The notes under the pieces: model-generated
What the model was told of the DNA's origin: nothing
Database searches by the model: none
Seen by the model: only the letters and a program-made list of their open reading frames with translations
Program-made: the position numbers and the translations under genes
Shown: positions 17,198 to 26,368 of the stretch, piece after piece
How positions within the stretch are numbered: position 1 is the first letter of the stretch
How the letters are laid out: each line of letters begins with the position of its first letter
Assembly (NCBI GenBank): GCA_001899175.1
Contig: MKVH01000024.1
Span: 883,127 to 947,126 of the forward strand
From: Candidatus Kapaibacterium thiocyanatum
GTDB lineage: Bacteria > Bacteroidota > Ignavibacteria > Kapaibacteriales > Kapaibacteriaceae
Direction: 5' to 3'
Length of the DNA stretch: 64,000 bases

Positions 17198-17580
17198 GAG
17201 ACCCTCCTCGAAGGAATGAATATGGAATATGTGGCCGCTCCGTGCGGCCTGGAGATATATCTATCGAATGGATGGACGGCTATGGGCGTATCATCTATGG
17301 AAAAGCTATGGATCGCGCCGTCCTTCGAAGGCCACGCATCATGCACTACGTCGAACTATCGGATATCGTATTCCGTGCGTATCTGACCGTCCGAGGTTCC
17401 TACCGAACTCCATCAACAACAGCGAACGCGGGAAAAGGTTTCATCGTATATGATAGGAAGTGTGATGTTCATCGGGACGATCGATATGGGACTTTCACCA
17501 TGTCGATCGTGGACGGCGGGTACTCCGGCTGAAGAGGCCGAAAGGTAGCCATGGGTGGATCGCATCGGGGTGGGTGAAAC

Positions 17581-17620
17581 GAATCGGGCCCGATCGGTGG
17601 ATACGTCGGGCCCGGGATGG
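17581..17620 (-). terminator. Terminator-like hairpin after topA
   Basis: CGGGCCCGA-N12-TCGGGCCCG inverted repeat about 20 nt past the topA stop. Confidence 0.55.
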
Positions 17621-17639
17621 ATTTCGTCTGTCGTGATGG

Positions 17640-20048
17640 TTACTTCGTCGTCTTCCTGGCGGCTTTCTTCGCAGCCGTCTTTTTCGCGGCCTTCTTCGCA
17701 GGTGTCTTCTTCGCTGCGGTTTTCTTCGCGACAGGGGCCTGTTCGGCCGTCTTCTTCGCCGCTGCCTTCTTCGGAGCCGGGGCCTGCTGGGCTGCGAGCT
17801 GCAGACATTCCTCGAGCGTCAGCGTGGCTGCATCCGTACCCTTCGGGATTCGCACGTTCTGCTTGCCCACGACGATATATGGTCCCCAGCGACCCTTGAG
17901 GATCTTCACCGTCGGATCTTCCGGAAACTCCTTGATGGTCCGCTCGGCCAGGGCGATACGCCGTGCTTCGATGATCTCGATGGCCCGCGTCTGCGTGACC
18001 GTGTGCGGGTCCTCGCCCTTCGGAATGGAATAGAAGGCGCCGTTGTGTTCGATGTAAGGACCGAAGCGACCGACCTTGACTTCCATCACGCTGCCTTCGA
18101 AATCGCCGACGGGCAGGGGGAACTTGAAGAGTTCGAGCGCCTCCTCGAGCGAGATGGTGTTGATGGACAACGTTCCCGGCAGGCCCTTCTGCCTCTTGTC
18201 GGGATCGTCGGCATCGCCGATCTGGGCCAGCGGACCGTAGCGTCCGAGGCGGACGTAGACGTTCTTGCCCGATTTGGGATCGATACCGATGTGACGTTCA
18301 CCGCTCTGCCGTTCGGCCGTGGCACTGGTGCGCTTGACCTCTTCCTCGAACGGTACGTAGAAGTCGCGGATCATATCGTTCCATCTGATATGACCCTGGG
18401 CGATCTCGTCGAATTGCTTCTCCACGTTGGCCGTGAAGTTGTAGTCCATGATGTCGTCGAAGTGCTTGGTAAGGAAGTCCGTCACCACGCCGCCGATATC
18501 GGTGGGGAAGAGCTTGGACTTCTCCGCGCCGGTGTTCTCGAGGTCGACGCGGCGCGTGATCTCGTCCTTGGCCAGCGTCAGCACGCGTACTTCGCGCTGG
18601 CGGCCGTCGCGGTCCTCCTTCACGACGTACTGCCGTGCCTGGATGGTGGAGATGGTGGGGGCATAGGTGGACGGCCGGCCGATACCGAGCTCTTCAAGCT
18701 TCTTCACGAGGCTCGCTTCCGTGTACCGTGCCGGAGGCCGTGCATAGCGTTCCTGCGCCTGCAGGGTCCTCAGACCGAGCATGTCGCCCACCGTCAGTGG
18801 AGGCAGCATCTTCGAATTCTCCTCGTCCTGTTCTTCGTCGGTCGATTCCAGGTAGACCTTCAGGAAACCGTCGAAGACCAGCACTTCGCCCGTCGCCGTC
18901 AGCGTTTCGGGCATCGTGGAGATGCTGATCGTGGCGATGGTGCGCTCGATACGGGCGTCGGCCATCTGGGAAGCGATGGCCCGCTTGTAGATGAGGTCGT
19001 ACAGCTTCTTGTGCGGATCGGATTCACCGGCCGTCCTGCGTGAGAAGTCCGTAGGCCGGATGGCCTCGTGCGCTTCCTGGGCGCTGGCGACCTTCGTGGT
19101 GAAGTTCTTCGGATTGCTGTAGTCGGCACCGAAGGAGGACCGTACCTCGTCGCGTGCCGCTCCGATGGCCAGCTCGGAGAGATTCACCGAGTCCGTACGC
19201 ATGTAGGTGATATGGCCGCCTTCGTAGAGATCCTGGGCCAGCTTCATCGTGCGGGACAGCGAGTATCCGAGCTTGCGGCTCGCTTCCTGCTGGAGCGTCG
19301 ACGTGGTGAAGGGAGCCGAAGGGCTCTTCTTCGCCGGCTTGGTCTCGAGGTTCGCGATCGAATAGACGGCGCCCTTGCAGCGTTCCAGGAAGGCCCGTGC
19401 CTCCTCTTCGGTATCGAAGCGCTTCGGCAGTTCGGCCGTCAGCGTCTTGCCGTTGACGTCGAATTCGGCCGTGATCTTGAACTGGCTGGTGGACGTGAAG
19501 TTCTGGATCTCGCGTTCCCGTTCCACGACGAGGCGTACGGCGACGGACTGGACGCGGCCGGCAGAGAGATTCTTCTGGATCTTCCTCCACAGCACCGGCG
19601 AGAGGCCGTAGCCAACCAGCCGGTCCAGAACGCGGCGTGCCTGCTGGGCGTCCACCAGGTTGCGGTCCACGTTCCGGGGATGCTCGATGGCCTTGAGGAT
19701 GGCGGGCTTGGTGATTTCATGGAAGACGATGCGGCGAGTCTTCGGGGCAGGGAGTTCCAGGGCTTCCGTGAGGTGCCAGGCGATGGCCTCGCCCTCACGG
19801 TCTTCGTCGCTCGCCAGCCAGACTGTTTCGGCCTGCTTCGCCATCTTCTTGAGGTCGGCGACGATTTTCTTCTTGTCCTCCGATATCTCGTATACGGGTT
19901 CGAAGTCGTGTTCGATGTCGATGGCCTTGTCGTTGCCCGGCAAGTCGCGGATGTGGCCCATGCAGGAAGTCACGGTGAAATCGTCCCCGAGATACTTCTG
20001 TATGGTCTTCGCCTTGGAGGGCGACTCGACGATCACAAGATTTTTCAT
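17640..20048 (-). CDS. topA: DNA topoisomerase I with Topo_C repeats and a Lys/Ala-rich tail
   Basis: LVIVESPSKAKTI, ASDEDREGEAIAWH, SAGRVQS, ITYMRTDS, QEAHEAIRPT, GIGRPSTY, three GR(Y/F/W)GP repeats. Confidence 0.98.
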   Translation of the reverse strand: MKNLVIVESPSKAKTIQKYLGDDFTVTSCMGHIRDLPGNDKAIDIEHDFEPVYEISEDKKKIVADLKKMAKQAETVWLASDEDREGEAIAWHLTEALELPAPKTRRIVFHEITKPAILKAIEHPRNVDRNLVDAQQARRVLDRLVGYGLSPVLWRKIQKNLSAGRVQSVAVRLVVEREREIQNFTSTSQFKITAEFDVNGKTLTAELPKRFDTEEEARAFLERCKGAVYSIANLETKPAKKSPSAPFTTSTLQQEASRKLGYSLSRTMKLAQDLYEGGHITYMRTDSVNLSELAIGAARDEVRSSFGADYSNPKNFTTKVASAQEAHEAIRPTDFSRRTAGESDPHKKLYDLIYKRAIASQMADARIERTIATISISTMPETLTATGEVLVFDGFLKVYLESTDEEQDEENSKMLPPLTVGDMLGLRTLQAQERYARPPARYTEASLVKKLEELGIGRPSTYAPTISTIQARQYVVKEDRDGRQREVRVLTLAKDEITRRVDLENTGAEKSKLFPTDIGGVVTDFLTKHFDDIMDYNFTANVEKQFDEIAQGHIRWNDMIRDFYVPFEEEVKRTSATAERQSGERHIGIDPKSGKNVYVRLGRYGPLAQIGDADDPDKRQKGLPGTLSINTISLEEALELFKFPLPVGDFEGSVMEVKVGRFGPYIEHNGAFYSIPKGEDPHTVTQTRAIEIIEARRIALAERTIKEFPEDPTVKILKGRWGPYIVVGKQNVRIPKGTDAATLTLEECLQLAAQQAPAPKKAAAKKTAEQAPVAKKTAAKKTPAKKAAKKTAAKKAARKTTK

Positions 20049-20191
20049 ACGTGTTGGTGTTGTGCGGCAGTCGGTATCGGAAACGGTGGTGCTCCGTGCA
20101 CCGACTCCGGTAGGGAGTCATACGTCCAACGTGACATGGTTGTGCCACGCGCGCGAAATAAAATCACGAAAAAAGTCGGGAATGCAAGACT

Positions 20192-20659
20192 TCATTCGCC
20201 CTTGTTGTACTCACAGTTCACCGGATCCTTGCAGACGGCGAAGATCTGGAGCGAGTGGCTGAGGGGCCTGAAGCCGAGTTCTTCGCTCACGCGCTGGCGG
20301 ATCTCGTCGATGGTTTTCTCCCGGAACTCCGTGATGCGGCCGCATTCGATGCAGATCAGGTGGTCGTGGTCCGGCATGCGGGAAGAAAGCTCGTAGTGCG
20401 CGCTGTCGCCCTGGAACCTGTGCTTCATCAGGATGTTGCACTTGGTGAGGAGGTCCAGGGTGGAATAGATGGTGGCCCGCGAGATGCGGTCGCCGTGCGT
20501 ATTCATGTATACGTAGAGCTCGTCGGCGCTGAAATGCCGGTCGAGTTCGGCGATCCGGTCGAGGACTTTATAGCGCTCCTGCGTGTTGCGGTACTTCTTC
20601 CGTTTCAGGAAGTCCGCGAACTGCTGCTTGAGCGTATCGAGGTCGGTGTGTTGTGCCAT
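20192..20659 (-). CDS. fur: Fur-family transcriptional regulator (Fur/Zur/PerR)
   Basis: TQERYKVL, HFSADELY, ISRATIYSTLDLL, HDHLICIECG, C-terminal Cys pair. Confidence 0.9.
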   Translation of the reverse strand: MAQHTDLDTLKQQFADFLKRKKYRNTQERYKVLDRIAELDRHFSADELYVYMNTHGDRISRATIYSTLDLLTKCNILMKHRFQGDSAHYELSSRMPDHDHLICIECGRITEFREKTIDEIRQRVSEELGFRPLSHSLQIFAVCKDPVNCEYNKGE

Positions 20660-20665
20660 GGGACA

Positions 20666-20722
20666 CAAATATAGTCGACGCCCGGCGAGAGGGCGTAAAC
20701 CCCTGACATTTCATTAATTTCG
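20666..20722. promoter_or_regulatory. Divergent promoters for fur (-) and speA (+)
   Basis: TATATTTG on - at 20666-20673, 6 nt before the fur ATG. TAATTTCG on + at 20715-20722. Confidence 0.55.
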
Positions 20723-20766
20723 CGCCTCAATTTCTCACCACACCCTTCGAGGTAACGGAGTCGTAC

Positions 20767-22662
20767 ATGCGCAAGTGGCGTGCCGAAGATTCCATGGAAC
20801 TCTATAACGTATCCGGCTGGGGCATAGGATACTTCAGCATCAATGCACGGGGCAACGTCGTGGTCATGCCACGCAAGGCCAAGGGGTCCCAGATCGATCT
20901 GAAGGAGCTCGTCGACGAGCTGGCCCTGCGGGATGTGAGCGTTCCTGTCCTGTTGCGTTTCCCCGATATTCTCGACGACCGGATCGAGAAGATCTCCGGT
21001 TGCTTCCAGAAAGCCGCCGTCGAATACAACTACAGCGGCAACTACTATAGCGTCTATCCCATCAAGGTGAACCAGCAGCGGCCCGTCGTCGAGGAGCTGG
21101 TCCGTCACGGGAAGAAGTTCAATATCGGCCTCGAAGCAGGTTCCAAGCCGGAACTCCATGCCGTGCTGGCCATCATGGACAACCCCGAAGCCCTGATCAT
21201 CTGCAATGGCTACAAGGACGAGGAATTCATCGAGCTGGCGCTGCTGGCCCAGAAGATGGGCAAGCGCATCTTCATCGTGGTGGAGAAGCTGAACGAGCTG
21301 CGGCTGATCAAGTCCGTGGCCGAACGGGTGAAGGTGCGGCCGAACATCGGTATCCGCATCAAGCTGGCGGCGTCGGGTTCCGGCAAGTGGGAGGAATCCG
21401 GCGGAGACCATTCGAAGTTCGGGCTGAACGCCTCCGAACTGCTCGAAGCCGTGGACTATGCCCGCGAGAACTCACTGCTGGACTGCGTGAAACTGATCCA
21501 CTTCCACCTCGGCAGCCAGATCACCAACATCCGCAAGATCAAGGCCGGATTACGGGAAGTGTCCCAGTTCTACGTCCATATGATGCAGCTCGGCGCCAAC
21601 GTCCAGTTCGTGGACATCGGCGGGGGACTCGGTGTGGACTATGACGGTTCGCGCTCCTCCGTGTCGTCCAGCATCAACTATTCGATCCAGGAATACGCCA
21701 ACGATGCCATCGCCACGATGCAGGACGCCGCGACGAAGCACAACCTCCCGCATCCGAACATCATCACGGAGTCGGGCCGTGCCCTGACGGCGCACCACAG
21801 CGTCCTGATCTTCAACGTCCTCGAAACGACGAGCGTCCCGCGCTGGACGTCGAAGGACAGGGTGACGAAGAAGGACCACGACATCGTCCGAGAAATGCAT
21901 ACCATCATGCAATCCCTCAACAGCCGCACGATGCTGGAAGCCTGGCACGATGCGCAGCAGTTGCGGGAAGAGGCACTGGACCGGTTCTCGCTCGGACTCC
22001 TCGATCTCAAGTCCCGCGCCCTTACCGAAAAGCTGTACTGGTCGATGGCCCTGAAGATCAACGACATGTCGGCCGAGCTGAAGCAGGTGCCCGACGAGCT
22101 GCGTGCGTTGCCGAAGCTGCTCGCCGACAAGTACTTCTGTAACTTCTCGCTCTTCCAGTCGCTGCCGGACTCCTGGGCCATCGATCAACTGTTCCCGATC
22201 ATGCCCATCCATCGCCTCGTCGAGAAGCCGACACGGAACGCGACACTGCAGGACATCACCTGCGATTCGGACGGGAAGATCGATCACTTCATCGGTGTCC
22301 GCGACTTCTCCCATTCGCTCCCGCTGCACGAACTGCGGGAAGACGAGCCGTACTACATGGCCGTCTTCCTGGTGGGCGCCTATCAGGAAATCCTGGGTGA
22401 CCTCCACAATCTCTTCGGTGACACGAATGCCGTCCACATCGTCTGTACGGACAAGGGACACGAAGTCCAGCAGGTCATCGACGGCGAATCCGTGGCCGAC
22501 GTTCTCGACTACGTACAATTCAACGGCAAGAAACTCGTGCGCACGATGGAAGCGTGGGTGACGTCCTCGATCAAGGAGAAGCGGATCACCATGCAGGAAG
22601 GCAAGGAATTCCTCGCCATCTATCGTTCAGGCCTCTACGGATACACCTACCTTGAAGAATAA
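20767..22662 (+). CDS. speA: Biosynthetic arginine decarboxylase
   Basis: YPIKVNQQ (PLP lysine), GLEAGSKPEL, ICNGYKD, HFHLGSQI, DIGGGLGVDYDG, NFSLFQSLPDSWAI, DITCDSDG. Confidence 0.97.
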   Translation: MRKWRAEDSMELYNVSGWGIGYFSINARGNVVVMPRKAKGSQIDLKELVDELALRDVSVPVLLRFPDILDDRIEKISGCFQKAAVEYNYSGNYYSVYPIKVNQQRPVVEELVRHGKKFNIGLEAGSKPELHAVLAIMDNPEALIICNGYKDEEFIELALLAQKMGKRIFIVVEKLNELRLIKSVAERVKVRPNIGIRIKLAASGSGKWEESGGDHSKFGLNASELLEAVDYARENSLLDCVKLIHFHLGSQITNIRKIKAGLREVSQFYVHMMQLGANVQFVDIGGGLGVDYDGSRSSVSSSINYSIQEYANDAIATMQDAATKHNLPHPNIITESGRALTAHHSVLIFNVLETTSVPRWTSKDRVTKKDHDIVREMHTIMQSLNSRTMLEAWHDAQQLREEALDRFSLGLLDLKSRALTEKLYWSMALKINDMSAELKQVPDELRALPKLLADKYFCNFSLFQSLPDSWAIDQLFPIMPIHRLVEKPTRNATLQDITCDSDGKIDHFIGVRDFSHSLPLHELREDEPYYMAVFLVGAYQEILGDLHNLFGDTNAVHIVCTDKGHEVQQVIDGESVADVLDYVQFNGKKLVRTMEAWVTSSIKEKRITMQEGKEFLAIYRSGLYGYTYLEE

Positions 22663-24760
22663 TCGACTCGTTGGCGTTCTGGCCGTCCTGTTCATGTGGA
22701 CAGGTGTGCTTTCATCCCAGGTTCTGCCCCTGTCCATGCGCGAGGACTTCGACGACAATCGCCGTGGGTGGGACGTGGGAACGAGGGATGGTGTGGGCGC
22801 CGAGGTGTCCGATGGCCGCTACAAGGTGGTCAAGAACAGTCCACGAGGAGAATGGTTCTTTCTCGTGGACGAATACATCAACTACGACCGTGACTTCGAT
22901 ATCTCGACGTCGTTCCGTGTGACGGGCGGCAGCCGGGATCATTCGGTGGGCATCGTATGGGGCGCGGTGAACGCCGAGAACGCCAACATCTTCTCGGTGT
23001 CCTCGGCAGGGAACTTCAAGGCCTGGCACGTCTACGGCCAGGCCATCGCCGATCTTTATCCGTGGAGCATGAGCGGCGAGATCAAGACCGACGGCAGCAC
23101 GAACGTCATGGAAGTCCGCAAGAGGGGATCGTGGATATCCCTCGTCGTTAACGGCTCCATCGTCGCCACCATCGAACCGCCGATGCCGTTCGGCGGAAAG
23201 ATCGGTTTCTCGCTGGGCCGCAGGATCGCCGCCGAGATCGACTACCTCGAAGTCCGGCAGGACAGTACGAGCATCAACCTCGCACCCGATCATCCCGTCA
23301 ACGTCGTCAAGGAAAGCCTCGGCACGCAGATCAACAGTCAGGGCGCGGATCTCTCGCCCGTCATCTCCGTCGATGGGAAGCGTCTGTGGTTCGGACGCTA
23401 TCCGCATCCCCAGAACATCGGCAATCCGGATGGCGAGGACGTGTGGTACAGCGACAGGAAGAAGGACGGATCGTGGGGTCCGGCAATCAATCCGGGTCCA
23501 CCGCTGAACAACGAGGGCGCCAACTTCATCATCAGCATCTCGCCCGACGGCAACACGGCCCTCGTCGGCAATACCTACTATCCCGACGGCCGGCCGAAGG
23601 GAACGGGCATCTCGATGGCCACCCGGACGGACAGTGGATGGACCGTGCCGGTGCCGGTGGAGATCGACAACTACTACAACCGCGACCGCTACGTCGAGAT
23701 GTCGCTCGACCCGAGCGGACGTGTCCTCGTCATGGCTGTCTCGCGGCGTGATGCGAACGGCCGCCGCGATCTCTACGTGAGCTTCCGCAAGGACAACGGC
23801 GGGTTCGGCGAACCGGTCAACATGGGGCCTGTCATCAACTCGTGGGGCAACGAGAATTCGCCGTTCATCGCCGCCGACGGCATGACGCTCTACTTCTCGA
23901 CGGATGGCTTCAAGGGCTATGGCGGCTCGGACATCTTCATGTCCCGCCGTCTGGACGATACATGGCGCTCATGGTCGATTCCGATGAATCTCGGTCCCGC
24001 CATCAATTCGAAGGAATGGGATGCCTACTACACCGTGCCAGCCAAGGGCGACTTCGCCTACCTGTGCGGCGTCGATCCGGTAACGAAGAGCGCGGACATC
24101 TTCCGTGTCAAGCTGACGGAGGGCGTACGCCCACGGCCCGTGGTACTCGTTACCGGCCGCGTGCTGGATGCCGTGACGAAGAAGCCGATCACCACGCAGG
24201 TGGTCTACGAAAGCCTTACCAAGCGCAGAACGACGGGCGACGCACGATCTTCACCAACGACGGGCGAGTTCACCATCTCACTGCCGTCCGGCGACCTGTA
24301 CGGATTCAGGGCCGAAGCGCCGGGATACTATCCCGTGAGCGAGCAGCTCGATACCAGGAAGCTGGGCTCGTATTCAGAACTGCGGCGGGACCTGCTGCTG
24401 GTACCCATCAATGCGGGTACGACGATCACGCTCAAGAACGTCTTCTTCGATTCGGGCAAATGGGATCTGCGCGAAGAGTCGCAACCCGAACTTGACCGGC
24501 TCGTGTCCTTCCTCAACAAGGATGCGGCCGTGCGGATCGAAGTGGCGGGATACACCGATAACGTCGGTAACGACGCCGACAACATCCTGCTGTCGCAGCA
24601 TCGTGTCGATGCCGTGAAGGCCTATCTGATCGACAAGGGTATCGCCGACGCACGGCTCAAGGCCGTTGGCTACGGCAAGGCCCGTCCCGTTGCCTCCAAC
24701 GCCTCGGAAGAGGGACGCCAGCGTAATCGTCGTGTGGAGTTCAAGATCGTCCGGAAGTGA
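22652..24760 (+). CDS. OmpA-domain protein with an N-terminal beta-sandwich, PD40 repeats and a carboxypeptidase-regulatory-like domain (PorE-like architecture)
   Basis: Signal peptide, repeated N(L/M)GPxIN and SPxISxDG motifs, NVFFDSGK, GYTDNVG..N..LSQHR, GYGKARP, GRQRNRRVEF. Confidence 0.85.
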   Translation: MKNNRLVGVLAVLFMWTGVLSSQVLPLSMREDFDDNRRGWDVGTRDGVGAEVSDGRYKVVKNSPRGEWFFLVDEYINYDRDFDISTSFRVTGGSRDHSVGIVWGAVNAENANIFSVSSAGNFKAWHVYGQAIADLYPWSMSGEIKTDGSTNVMEVRKRGSWISLVVNGSIVATIEPPMPFGGKIGFSLGRRIAAEIDYLEVRQDSTSINLAPDHPVNVVKESLGTQINSQGADLSPVISVDGKRLWFGRYPHPQNIGNPDGEDVWYSDRKKDGSWGPAINPGPPLNNEGANFIISISPDGNTALVGNTYYPDGRPKGTGISMATRTDSGWTVPVPVEIDNYYNRDRYVEMSLDPSGRVLVMAVSRRDANGRRDLYVSFRKDNGGFGEPVNMGPVINSWGNENSPFIAADGMTLYFSTDGFKGYGGSDIFMSRRLDDTWRSWSIPMNLGPAINSKEWDAYYTVPAKGDFAYLCGVDPVTKSADIFRVKLTEGVRPRPVVLVTGRVLDAVTKKPITTQVVYESLTKRRTTGDARSSPTTGEFTISLPSGDLYGFRAEAPGYYPVSEQLDTRKLGSYSELRRDLLLVPINAGTTITLKNVFFDSGKWDLREESQPELDRLVSFLNKDAAVRIEVAGYTDNVGNDADNILLSQHRVDAVKAYLIDKGIADARLKAVGYGKARPVASNASEEGRQRNRRVEFKIVRK

Positions 24761-24769
24761 CGTCAGGGG

Positions 24770-26368
24770 TCACAGTTCTTCACCCGGAATCGACGGTCGT
24801 ACCATGATGACCGTCTCACGTTCGAGCGTCACTGCACCGACGTTCGCTCCCTTGGGTTTGCGGACGTACTTGCGCTGCGTGTAGACGACGGGCGTATAGG
24901 AGGCGTTGCGCGCGTGCGAGTAATAGGCGGCGATGGCCGCGGCCTGCTCGAGAATCTGTTTGGGAGGCTTCTCGCTGCCTCCGCCCCGCAGGATGGCATG
25001 GGAACCACTCACGCCACGGGCGTGGAACCACCAGTCGTTCTGCTTCGCGAACCGCATCGTGAGTTCGTCGTTGTTCGCGGCGCTCTTGCCGACGTAGAGC
25101 GTATAGACGTCATCGAGTCTGAACACGCGGTACTTGGCCGAGACATCGTCCGGCATGCCTTGATCGTTCTTCATCGAGCGTTGGATCCTTTCCAGTTCGT
25201 CGGGGTCTTCGGTCTGCCGTACGTGATCGAGCATGCGTTCGACGGACTGCAGCCGCTGCTCGAAGTTGGGGAGTCGCGCAGCACGTACGCGCGCTGCTTC
25301 GTCGGAGGCCTTGGCCTTGGCATAGAGCATGGTAGCGTTCTCGACGAGCGTCTTGCGGTCGTCGAGCGGAATCGTCAACGGTTCACCGTCCCATCCCTGC
25401 AGGTCGATCGTCGTCAGTCCTGTCTGTGTGGGATCGGACGTGGAGAGCAGGAGGTCCGCCCACAGTCGGTACGTCGACGCACGGTCCTGTGTGGCCGCAT
25501 CGCCCTGCATCCCGTCGATACTGCGGCGGAGTCGCGCGGCGGTCTTCGTCAGGTCCCGCTCCAGGACGGTGCGGGCCGAGACGCGTCGTACGGCGGAGCG
25601 TCGCATACCTGTCACACGACGGATGGCCGAGAGAATGTCGTGGTCCGTATCGACGATCGTATATCCGTTCAGGGGAAGCAGCGAGAGAAGGATGTCGTCA
25701 TGTCGTTCGAGGATGTGGAACGTCGTCGTTCGTCGCGCTTCGGCGATGAGGTGATCGGCTTCTGCACGAAGCCGCTTCGCGGAGTCCTGGTCCAGATCGC
25801 CGATGCGTATATCGGCATCGATGCCGCAACGGAAACAGACTTCCCGCGCATACTGCATGCCGAGATGGATATCCGAAGCACCGAGTGCTCTGGCCACGGT
25901 CGTCGTCGGTACGGCATCCACCAACGATACCGGCGCGTAGTGAGTGATGTTCAGGGGCTGGCCGATCACCTCGTTCTTCTTCCTCAGGGCGTCGACGACG
26001 ATGCCGTCCTTCGTTACGACGATGTTGCCGCTTCCACCTCCGTAGAGCAGGGCATGCAGTTGACAGTCCTCGAACCAGAGCGTGACGATGCGGTCATCGG
26101 GATGCTTCGTTGCCGTCGCGACGTGCCGTTCCATCAGTGCGGGGAAGAGATCGATCGTATTACGTCGTGCCCGTTGTGTGGTCGGACGCTCGGCGATGCA
26201 GCCGTACGCAGGATCGACGCCGATGACCAGCGTGCGCTCGGTCATGTCGTGGATCAACGTCAGGATGCACTGATACTTCTCCTGCGAATAGGCATCGGCC
26301 ACCATGGCGCCACGCAGGTTGGCGATGGCGGAAGCCACATGTTCGAGAGTGAGATGATGACGGATCAC
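24770..26368 (-). CDS. rqcH: NFACT / RqcH (FbpA-like) ribosome quality-control protein
   Basis: NFACT-N DDRIV motif, ENATMLYAKAK, NFACT-R VGKSAANNDELT, DWWFHARGVSGSH, AAYYS, VRKPKGA. Confidence 0.88.
   Translation of the reverse strand: MIRHHLTLEHVASAIANLRGAMVADAYSQEKYQCILTLIHDMTERTLVIGVDPAYGCIAERPTTQRARRNTIDLFPALMERHVATATKHPDDRIVTLWFEDCQLHALLYGGGSGNIVVTKDGIVVDALRKKNEVIGQPLNITHYAPVSLVDAVPTTTVARALGASDIHLGMQYAREVCFRCGIDADIRIGDLDQDSAKRLRAEADHLIAEARRTTTFHILERHDDILLSLLPLNGYTIVDTDHDILSAIRRVTGMRRSAVRRVSARTVLERDLTKTAARLRRSIDGMQGDAATQDRASTYRLWADLLLSTSDPTQTGLTTIDLQGWDGEPLTIPLDDRKTLVENATMLYAKAKASDEAARVRAARLPNFEQRLQSVERMLDHVRQTEDPDELERIQRSMKNDQGMPDDVSAKYRVFRLDDVYTLYVGKSAANNDELTMRFAKQNDWWFHARGVSGSHAILRGGGSEKPPKQILEQAAAIAAYYSHARNASYTPVVYTQRKYVRKPKGANVGAVTLERETVIMVRPSIPGEEL

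Noticed and set aside
17198-17580. Small ORFs (17242-17532, 17229-17453, 17074-17346) or an sRNA in the intergenic gap
   Set aside because: No RBS, motif or convincing structure; more likely the cassette's promoter region.
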